A stretch of DNA of 64,000 bases, taken from assembly GCA_963710605.1 (NCBI GenBank), contig CAVQBA010000007.1:224001-288000 (forward strand), given 5' to 3'. How positions within the stretch are numbered: position 1 is the stretch's first letter; the number at the start of each line of letters is the position of its first letter. This document shows, in pieces, positions 56,235 to 64,000 of this stretch. The notes under the pieces are model-generated. The model did no database searches. It worked only from the letters and a program-made list of their open reading frames with translations, and was not told the origin of the DNA. This stretch comes from an uncultured cyanobacterium (GTDB lineage Bacteria; Cyanobacteriota; Cyanobacteriia; Cyanobacteriales; Cyanobacteriaceae). The translations under genes and the position numbers were made by a program.

Positions 56235-56645
56235 TTAGTCTAAAAATACTTGAGCTTGAATATTAAAACGTTGGGATAACAACTTAATTTGAGTAATACT
56301 AAACGCTCTTTCTTTATTTAAAATAGCTTTGACTATTTCGGGTGTACCGATTTCGGGTAAATCTGATAAGCTCAAGTCATGTTCTTCTATTAAATAAGCT
56401 AAGGCATCACTTCCACTACAATTAGGAATAGAATAATGTTTTTGCTCATAGATTTCAATGAGTTGACCTAAAGTATCCAATAAATTATAGAGAGGATGTT
56501 GTTCATTTGTGCCAATTCGATCGATTAAAGTATTTAATCTTTGAATTGCTCGCTCGTATTCTTTATCGTTACGAATTGTTAGTAAGGGTGAAATTGCCTG
56601 CCAATGAATATTGATATCCGAGGGAAGAGTAGCTAAGTTTTCCAT
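56235..56645 (-). CDS. HigA-type HTH antitoxin
   Basis: IRNDKEYERA, LLDTLGQLIEIYE, LAYLIEEHDL...ILNKER...IKLLSQRF. Confidence 0.85.
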   Translation of the reverse strand: MENLATLPSDINIHWQAISPLLTIRNDKEYERAIQRLNTLIDRIGTNEQHPLYNLLDTLGQLIEIYEQKHYSIPNCSGSDALAYLIEEHDLSLSDLPEIGTPEIVKAILNKERAFSITQIKLLSQRFNIQAQVFLD

Positions 56646-56722
56646 TTGTTTTTATCGTATTCTAAATGAGTTAAAACATTACGAATATAAATTTTTTGTC
56701 GATTAAAATGAATTGAAGCAAT
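56633..56722 (-). pseudogene. C-terminal remnant of a HigB toxin
   Basis: Translates IASIHFNRQKIYIRNVLTHLEYDKNKWKT*, overlapping the antitoxin start; 5' part missing. Confidence 0.8.
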
Positions 56723-56798
56723 GCTTTAAATAATGAATAATGAATAATGAATATTTATTACTCTTTACTGGGTGAGTGGGTGAGTTTTTGATTCTTGT

Positions 56799-58463
56799 TT
56801 ACAATGGTTTGACTAAGCCATGAGAGGCACTCAGGAGTGCTTGGGTATAAGAGTCTTGTGGATTATTAAAAATTTCTTGAGTATTACCTAATTCGACGAT
56901 TTTACCGTGATTCATTACCGCAATACGATCGCATAAAAAACGAGCGACTGTCAAATCATGGGTAATAAATAAATAAGTAAGATTAAATTCAGCTTTCAGT
57001 TCTAAAATTAAATCTAATACTTGTGCTTGTACTGTTGCATCTAACATACTTACAGGCTCATCACAAATAACTAACTTCGGTTGAGTTATCAAAGCCCGTG
57101 CGATCGCTACCCGTTGTTGTTGCCCACCCGAAAGCTCGTCTGGATAACGATGATAATAATCTTGGGGGTCTAATTCGACTCGTTTGAGCATCTTATCTAC
57201 TCGTTGCCTATTTTCTTCCTTAGTACCCAAATTATGAATTGATAATGGCTCTGTAATCGCTTCGCCGATCGTCATCATCGGATTAAGACAAGCGTGTGGG
57301 TCTTGAAAAATCATTTGTATTTCACGACGAATCGATCGAATCTGCCCCTGACTAAGAAGACTTAAATCTTGACCATTAAAAAATACTTGTCCGCTAGTCG
57401 GGCGGATTAATTGCAGAATAGTCCGAGAAAGAGTACTTTTACCACAACCTGATTCACCAACTAAACCCAAGACTTCTCCTTGCCAAATTTGTAAATTGAG
57501 ATCATCTACAGCTTTGATACTTTGAGATTTTTTACCTAAAAGTTGTTCAATAAAATTAGTAGATAAGGTAAAGTGTTGTTTAAGATCTTTTAGTTCTAGT
57601 AAAGGTATCTTGTCAATATTTTCAATATCTCGTTTGTTTTCGCTTTCTTGATGAAGATGAAAAGCGGCGTTTAAAAGCGATTGACTATAAGGATGTTGAG
57701 GATTATACATCACTTGTTTTACCTTACCAGTTTCTACCATTTCTCCTTGATACATTACCCCAATACGATCGCAATATTTACCCACCATCCCCAAATCGTG
57801 AGAAATTAATAATAAACCCATATTTTGCTCACGACAGAGATTGGTTAACTCTGCTAAAATCTGGTTAGCAATAGTTACATCTAAACTAGTAGTTGGCTCA
57901 TCAGCGACAATCAATTTAGGCTCTAATAACAATGCTAATGCGATCGCTACTCTTTGACGCATACCACCACTAAACTCATGAGGATATTGATTAAATCTGT
58001 CTGGGGCAATTTTGACAGTTGCTAAAGTTGCTAAAACTTTTTCTTTCGCCTGAGCAGAAGAGAGATTTGTTTGATGAGCTTTTAGTGTCTCTAAACAATG
58101 ATTACCGATCGTCATCAAAGGATCAAGTCTTGTCATCGGATCTTGAAATATTAGTGCGACAATTTCACCACGTAATTTACGTAAAGCCTTATCGTCGTAA
58201 TCGAAAATAGATTCACCGTGAAACAAAGCCTTACCTTTGACGGTACTTTTAGGTGGTAGCAGACGCATAACAGCCCTTCCTAGGGTTGATTTACCACAAC
58301 CTGACTCCCCCACCAAGCCCATGATTTCTCCTGCGTTTAGATCAAAAGAAACATTATTAACAGCCCAATTAGGAGTATCGTTATCACTATTAATCTGGGG
58401 ATATGCTACCTGAAGATTATTAAGACTAAGTAGAGGAGAATTCATAGCAGACTCAAGACACAA
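56799..58463 (-). CDS. Peptide/nickel ABC transporter ATPase, two fused NBDs
   Basis: Two [25 protein letters not shown] and [12 protein letters not shown]. Confidence 0.95.
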   Translation of the reverse strand: MCLESAMNSPLLSLNNLQVAYPQINSDNDTPNWAVNNVSFDLNAGEIMGLVGESGCGKSTLGRAVMRLLPPKSTVKGKALFHGESIFDYDDKALRKLRGEIVALIFQDPMTRLDPLMTIGNHCLETLKAHQTNLSSAQAKEKVLATLATVKIAPDRFNQYPHEFSGGMRQRVAIALALLLEPKLIVADEPTTSLDVTIANQILAELTNLCREQNMGLLLISHDLGMVGKYCDRIGVMYQGEMVETGKVKQVMYNPQHPYSQSLLNAAFHLHQESENKRDIENIDKIPLLELKDLKQHFTLSTNFIEQLLGKKSQSIKAVDDLNLQIWQGEVLGLVGESGCGKSTLSRTILQLIRPTSGQVFFNGQDLSLLSQGQIRSIRREIQMIFQDPHACLNPMMTIGEAITEPLSIHNLGTKEENRQRVDKMLKRVELDPQDYYHRYPDELSGGQQQRVAIARALITQPKLVICDEPVSMLDATVQAQVLDLILELKAEFNLTYLFITHDLTVARFLCDRIAVMNHGKIVELGNTQEIFNNPQDSYTQALLSASHGLVKPL

Positions 58464-58581
58464 ATTAATTACTTAACCAGTATAGTTAAATAATTGAGAA
58501 TTGAGAATTGAGAATTGACAATGAACGATCGATCGATTATTCTTATTATCTGTTCACTGTTATCTGTTCGCTGTTCGCTAT

Positions 58582-58962
58582 TTAGTCTTGAATGTATTCG
58601 GTGTTGTTAAATAAAGCAAATTCTGCACGCATGAATTCTCTGCCTAAATAAGCGGCATGATCTAACATACTCAAAGGTACAGGTTGAGCTTGTTCGATTA
58701 CTTTAACACAGAGTTCTTTCGCTGTACGGGCGGTATATGTGGTGGTTGCTTGTCTGGGTTTACTTCCTGTACAGGCTATCACTTCTCCTGTTTCTGGATC
58801 GACTGCTAAGCCTCGATCGTCTATATTATTAGTATAATGGTCGGCACAAATTAGTTGGGCTTCTCTATCTAAATAAATAATAAAATATCCTTCGGGGTCT
58901 AAGTCAATATGTCTGTTGGATAATTCGTTATCTAAATCGGTTAAAGAGAATGTAGTTGTCAT
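58582..58962 (-). CDS. DUF4346 domain protein
   Basis: LDPEGYFII, RTAKEL, LDHAAYLGRE, YIQD. Confidence 0.85.
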   Translation of the reverse strand: MTTTFSLTDLDNELSNRHIDLDPEGYFIIYLDREAQLICADHYTNNIDDRGLAVDPETGEVIACTGSKPRQATTTYTARTAKELCVKVIEQAQPVPLSMLDHAAYLGREFMRAEFALFNNTEYIQD

Positions 58963-59147
58963 AGACGATGATTATTATATTTTAAAAATTATTTTGATTA
59001 CGTTTACTAATATACTGAATTTTTATCATATTACGCTCGTTTGTAACAAGCTATAAAATCATTAATAATTACCAACAATATTACACAGACAAGGCGTGCC
59101 TTGTCTCTACGTTTATCATTTGATTGTTAATAATATTTATCGATCGA

Positions 59148-59957
59148 TTAAATTAATTTTCCTTGCCATTTAGCTACTAATTTGTCACTTAGTATAGATA
59201 TTTTAGAAACACTTTCTTCTTGTTCGATCGTTTTTCGCCATTGATAAGGAATTGTTAAATAACCATTTTTAAGACCTAATAAAAATCCTGTCAAAACAAC
59301 TGTTTCTGTTTGATAATACTTAAACTGACTACTTCTTGATAAACTTATTTCTAAGTTATTAGGTAAACTTAAAAAACTATACAATGCTTGATAAATAGCT
59401 AAATTATCTAATTTTATGATTTCTAAAAATTTTGTTTCTATTTCTAATAAAGTTAATTTTTGCTCGATCAATTGCTTAATTAATTCTAAGTTTGAAAACA
59501 AAATATTATCTTCTTCTACCTCTTCTAATTTAGCTTTAATATTAAAAAATAAGTTCTCGTTTATTAATTTTTTTTCGGTAATTAAAATAACTAAAATGAT
59601 ATATATTTTGATGCTATCTAATTGTTCTGGTTTGAGAGATAAGTTTTGAGTAATTAAATTAAGTTCTATTTCTAGTTGGGTTAGATTTTGAGAATGATAT
59701 AAAATGAGAGGAAATAAAGCGATCGTGATTTGGCTTTCATTAAAATCATGTATTTGCTGACCAAATTTTTGAATAATAATATCGAGATTATATTGAGAAC
59801 GATTAGTAATATCCTCTAATAAATAAAAACAAATTTGTAAAGGTAAATATTCTTCTATTTCTAAATTGTTCTTAGTAAGTTTAAAAGCAATAAGACTACT
59901 AACTAAACTACCAAAAACTTGAGAATATTCTAAATAAATAAATTCAGCTATAAACAT
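59148..59957 (-). CDS. Divergent ADP-ribosylglycohydrolase-fold protein
   Basis: C-terminal LTGFLLGLKNGYLTIPYQW resembles the ARH motif; acidic catalytic motifs not seen. Confidence 0.45.
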   Translation of the reverse strand: MFIAEFIYLEYSQVFGSLVSSLIAFKLTKNNLEIEEYLPLQICFYLLEDITNRSQYNLDIIIQKFGQQIHDFNESQITIALFPLILYHSQNLTQLEIELNLITQNLSLKPEQLDSIKIYIILVILITEKKLINENLFFNIKAKLEEVEEDNILFSNLELIKQLIEQKLTLLEIETKFLEIIKLDNLAIYQALYSFLSLPNNLEISLSRSSQFKYYQTETVVLTGFLLGLKNGYLTIPYQWRKTIEQEESVSKISILSDKLVAKWQGKLI

Positions 59958-60033
59958 AGATAAGTAATTAATAGTTAATAATTAATAATTAATAATGTAA
60001 TTGATTTAGTTCAATTTATTGAACGGTTTTACT

Positions 60034-60061
60034 TTAGCCTTGAACTTAAGTTCAAGGCTAA
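60034..60061. repeat. Perfect 28-bp palindrome; degenerate relative near 41877
   Basis: TTAGCCTTGAACTTAAGTTCAAGGCTAA. Confidence 0.85.
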
Positions 60062-60138
60062 TTATGTACGTTAACTAAAGTTAACTTTAAACCTACCTTG
60101 CTATAATGGCTTCGCCGTGAATTTATAGACATCCTCAA

Positions 60139-60870
60139 TTATTGCGGGTATTCTTCCCATAAAGTACAATTTTGGCGAATACTACGAAAATCACCATTAC
60201 CAATAATAAGATGATCGAGAATAGGAATACCGATCAATTTAGCACCTTGTAATAACTGCTCAGTCAAATTCAAATCTTCTACCGAAGGCTCAAGATTTCC
60301 TGAAGGATGATTGTGAGCGATAATGATATTAGTCGCCGATTGACGAATCGCTTCTCTGAATAACTCACGAGGGTGGATTAACGTTTCTGTAGCGATACCG
60401 ATCGTGATAACTTGAGTACTAATTAAACTATTTTTGGTATCAAGTAATAATACCGCAAAACGTTCTTGAGATTGCCACATCAACTCATGACTAAAAGCCG
60501 CCGCCGCAATGTTAGGGCTATCGATAATTGCTTTGGCATTGGGGCGAAAAGCAAAAGTCCGTTTACCTAATTCTACTCCAGCTAGGATAGTTGTGGCTTT
60601 AGCAGGACCAATTCCTTCAATTGTCGTTAATTCTCTTGAAGATATTTTACGTAGAATATCGAGAGGATCTTCTTTGTTTTGACTCAATTCGTGTAAGATA
60701 TATTGAGCTAATCCAATTGCTGATAATTTACCTTTTCCTTGCCCTGTACCTAATAAAATAGCTAATAATTCGGCGGTACTTAAATTTTTTGCACCTAACT
60801 CAAGTAATCTTTCTCTCGGACGCTCGCTAACTGGTAAATCGGCAATTCTGACATTATAAACCATCTTCAA
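60139..60870 (-). CDS. radC: RadC family JAB-domain protein
   Basis: ERPRERL, GIGPAKA, HPRELFR, AHNHPSG, LDHLIIG. Confidence 0.96.
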   Translation of the reverse strand: MKMVYNVRIADLPVSERPRERLLELGAKNLSTAELLAILLGTGQGKGKLSAIGLAQYILHELSQNKEDPLDILRKISSRELTTIEGIGPAKATTILAGVELGKRTFAFRPNAKAIIDSPNIAAAAFSHELMWQSQERFAVLLLDTKNSLISTQVITIGIATETLIHPRELFREAIRQSATNIIIAHNHPSGNLEPSVEDLNLTEQLLQGAKLIGIPILDHLIIGNGDFRSIRQNCTLWEEYPQ

Positions 60871-61051
60871 ATAAACGTTTATTTATGGTAATTTTTTAGC
60901 TAAATTAAGACTTAAATCATCATACATTTAGCTTGAGTAAACAAGAGTAATATTTAAGGTAACTTAACGTAATTAAATAATTTTATTGTCGTCAAAACTT
61001 TAGTCTTAGAATAAATGATGGTGGGTAATACCCACCCTACGCAATTGATAA

Positions 61052-62068
61052 TTAAGAAAATTTCCACATGACAGGATTATCATCAAAATCTTGAGCAACT
61101 TGTGTACCGATATCACTAATTTTTTTGATATCTTCAGTCGTTAATTTAATTTCTCCTGCTTGAGCATTTTCTTTGACTTGTTGTGAATTTCTAGCTCCTA
61201 CAATTGCGTTACTTTGTGGTTGTTTGATTAACCAAGCGATCGCTAACTGAGCTAAACTACAATTATATTGATCAGCAAAAGATTGTAATTGAGTCAAAGC
61301 AGTTTGTACCTTTTGCCAATGAGGAGATTGAAACAAACGATTGTCTTTACGATGATCACCTTCTGCAAACTCAGGATTATCACCAAACTTACCAGTTAAA
61401 ATACCTTGGGCTAGAGAAGAGTAAGCCAAGATAGAAATATTTTTATCCGCACAATAAGGTTGTATTTCTTTTTCTACTACTCGCCAAAACAAAGAATAAG
61501 GCGGTTGTACACTCTCAATTTCACCATATTGCATTGCTTCAGCTAATTGAGTTTTAGAAAAATTAGATACCCCAATCGCTCTAATTTTTCCTTGTTTTTT
61601 CAAGTCATTTAACGCCTTCATGGTTTCTTCGATCGGAACAATTTCACTATCCCAAGTACCAGATGGCCAATGAATTTGGTATAAATCAAGATAATCTGTC
61701 TCGAGATTAGTTAAAGAGTTATTACACGCTTGGATTACTTGATCATATTTAAGATGATTAGCAAATACTTTAGTTGCATAAACTACTTTGTGACGAATAT
61801 CTTTGAGGGCTTGAGCGACAATTTTTTCTGAATGCCCTGCACCATAAACTTCGGCGGTATCGATCGTAGTTATGCCAGTTTCAACGGCTTCTCGGATAGC
61901 TTTGATACTCTCTTCATCTTCTATTCCCGCCCACATCTTTTTGCCTGCTTGCCATGTACCCATAATGATGGGTGTTATTTGTATATCTGTGTTACCTAAT
62001 TGTCTTGTTTGCATTACTAATATATTTGTTTGAGTGAAAGGGCTATCTACATACTTCAAATATAGCAA
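61052..62068 (-). CDS. Aldo/keto reductase
   Basis: DTAEVYG, ATK, DLYQIHWP, IGVSNF, YSSLAQG; likely start MQTRQLG. Confidence 0.95.
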   Translation of the reverse strand: MLYLKYVDSPFTQTNILVMQTRQLGNTDIQITPIIMGTWQAGKKMWAGIEDEESIKAIREAVETGITTIDTAEVYGAGHSEKIVAQALKDIRHKVVYATKVFANHLKYDQVIQACNNSLTNLETDYLDLYQIHWPSGTWDSEIVPIEETMKALNDLKKQGKIRAIGVSNFSKTQLAEAMQYGEIESVQPPYSLFWRVVEKEIQPYCADKNISILAYSSLAQGILTGKFGDNPEFAEGDHRKDNRLFQSPHWQKVQTALTQLQSFADQYNCSLAQLAIAWLIKQPQSNAIVGARNSQQVKENAQAGEIKLTTEDIKKISDIGTQVAQDFDDNPVMWKFS

Positions 62069-62147
62069 CCATCAAGACGATGATAGTTAAAAATGTCTAT
62101 TATCTCTACAATATGAGGTGGGCAATGCCCACCCTGCTTCAAAGTAT

Positions 62148-63338
62148 TTAAGCGGCATTAACATTAGAAAACTTGATTTTCAGATAATCATCTTCCATTT
62201 TTGCCCCCGAAGGAGAAAGGGCGGCTAATGCTTGGGGTAAAACTAAATTACGACGGTGATTACCAATACGTACATTAAGTTCATCACCTGTTTTATTAAG
62301 GTCAATTTGTTCTTTAGGAATATTAGGTAAATATAATTCAAGACTATAATTATTTTCTTCTTGAACTATTCTGATCGTACTTTCTTTATAATAAACTTTA
62401 CTAGGATCTTCATCGGCTTCATATAAAGTATCTTTAAGTCTTTCTAAAGCTTTTAAACCACACATTTCCTCAGAAAATAGAGGTGCTTCTTTAACTGGTA
62501 AAGGATGAAAGTTGTCGTATATTTCTTGTTTATAAATAGACTGATTTTCTTTCCAACGGGCAAAAAATGGATCTTCTACTTCATCAGGAATAATACGATT
62601 AGCAATAATCAAATCAGTAGATACATTATATAAACTTAAATAAGCATGAGCTCTTAATGATTCTTTTAATACCATCTTTTCAGGATTGGTTATTAGTCTA
62701 ACTGTAGTTTTAGTATTATCTGTTAAAACTTTTTCTAATGCTTCAATTTGCTGATAAAACTCATAAGGTGCATCCATTACTTCATTACTGGGTAAAGAAA
62801 AACCAGCAATCGGTTTGAATATAGGTTGAAATAAAGGACGTAAAGCCGCCGACATACTTTGGAATGGTTTGTAAAAACGACGCATATACCAACCACTAAT
62901 CTCAGGTAAACTGAGTAATCTTAAAGCTGTACCAGTGGGTGCCGAGTCAATAATTAAAACATCAAAGTCACCATCATCATAATGTCTTTTCATTCTGACT
63001 AAACCAAAAATTTCGTCCATACCTGGTAGGATGGCTAATTCTTCGGCTTGTACTCCATCTAAACCTCTAGCTTGAAGTACTTCGGTGATATAACGTTTAA
63101 CTGCTCCCCAGTTACCTTCTAATTCCATCAAGGCATCAAGCTCTGCACCCCAAAGATTTTCGACTATCTTTTGCGGTTCGTGTCCTAATTCGAGATCGAA
63201 ACTATCGGCTAAAGAATGGGCAGGATCGGTACTTAATACAAGTGTTCTGTGTCCTTGCTCAGCACATTTTAATCCTGTGGCGGCGGCAACCGACGTTTTA
63301 CCGACTCCGCCTTTTCCGGTCATTAATATTACTCGCAT
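62148..63338 (-). CDS. ArsA/GET3 family ATPase with C-terminal HSP20-like domain
   Basis: [22 protein letters not shown]. Confidence 0.93.
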   Translation of the reverse strand: MRVILMTGKGGVGKTSVAAATGLKCAEQGHRTLVLSTDPAHSLADSFDLELGHEPQKIVENLWGAELDALMELEGNWGAVKRYITEVLQARGLDGVQAEELAILPGMDEIFGLVRMKRHYDDGDFDVLIIDSAPTGTALRLLSLPEISGWYMRRFYKPFQSMSAALRPLFQPIFKPIAGFSLPSNEVMDAPYEFYQQIEALEKVLTDNTKTTVRLITNPEKMVLKESLRAHAYLSLYNVSTDLIIANRIIPDEVEDPFFARWKENQSIYKQEIYDNFHPLPVKEAPLFSEEMCGLKALERLKDTLYEADEDPSKVYYKESTIRIVQEENNYSLELYLPNIPKEQIDLNKTGDELNVRIGNHRRNLVLPQALAALSPSGAKMEDDYLKIKFSNVNAA

Positions 63339-63562
63339 TATTTTACTCGATCGATTTTTAAAATTGATTTATAATTGCTCTTCTATTTCAAGTATAACTT
63401 TTTGTAACGATTTCAGATTAAACGATACTATTCTGATTGGGAATTACGCTGGATATTTACCAACCTAATTTAAGAAAAAACAGTCATGTTTTGGCTTTCG
63501 TATTTAATTAATTGCTGAGGTTAGCCAAAAAGTATTCTGAATAAATTGATTGTCAATTTTAA

Positions 63563-64000
63563 TTAGTGTTGATGTTTAGAAAAGTCGTAAACTAAATCAA
63601 AAAATTCTTTGACTGTCGGTATTTGTAATCGATCGACTGTCGTAATTAAAACGACTTCTCTGGTTAACTCATAGCTTCTAAGATCGTTATATTCCATCAC
63701 AATCGGAATTTTAACTAACTCTTGATCATGTATGGATTCTAATAATGCGGAGTCTGGTAGTAAGGCAATAAAATTACCTTGACGAATAACACCCCGAAAA
63801 GCATCAAGAGTATTTAATTCCATCGCCACATTAATGGAGTAACCTTCCTTCGCAAATATTTCTTGAACAACTCTTTGCATCCCATAGCCATCTTTAAAAA
63901 TAATTTGGGTGTAGGGTACTAAATCACTAATTCGGACACTTTTTTTGTCTGCTAATGGATGGTTTTTCGCTACAAGTACTTTGATCGGTTCATGGTATAA
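63563..64000 (-). CDS. LysR-family regulator, C-terminal part (5' end outside window)
   Basis: LYHEPIKVLVAKNHPLA, FKDGYGMQR, ELNTLDAFRGVIRQG. Confidence 0.88.
   Translation of the reverse strand, partial: LYHEPIKVLVAKNHPLADKKSVRISDLVPYTQIIFKDGYGMQRVVQEIFAKEGYSINVAMELNTLDAFRGVIRQGNFIALLPDSALLESIHDQELVKIPIVMEYNDLRSYELTREVVLITTVDRLQIPTVKEFFDLVYDFSKHQH

Overview
AT-rich chromosomal DNA from a cyanobacterium, probably a unicellular Chroococcales of the Geminocystis/Cyanobacterium type (inferred from gene content, heptamer tandem repeats and very frequent CGATCG). Housekeeping genes (hemA, topA, csaB, a tagA-like gene, pilT, sbcD, gatA, sppA, an ABC-F gene, radC, an ArsA/GET3 ATPase) alternate with small accessory inserts: about eight type II toxin-antitoxin modules or remnants, pentapeptide-repeat genes, Uma2, a UDG-family gene and a Nif11-like peptide, plus many REP-like and MITE repeats. 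Main points of interest: (1) a ~14 kb zinc-starvation island (33.1-47.5 kb) with four Zur/Fur-type boxes, a znuABC-type transporter, a Zur-like regulator, two metallophosphoesterases with non-canonical metal ligands, COG0523 proteins, a Cys-free HemB and an FAD oxidoreductase; (2) a GntR(HutC)-controlled MocD-like oxygenase plus MetX-like hydrolase unit with two palindromic operators; (3) toxin-biased decay of TA modules; (4) a repeat-flanked orphan C-terminal fragment plus membrane-protein cassette; (5) a candidate sRNA; (6) a microhomology-stitched mosaic duplication. About a dozen single-base frameshifts, including in gatA, most likely reflect sequencing or assembly error. No rRNA, tRNA, CRISPR array, transposase, integrase or reverse transcriptase was seen.
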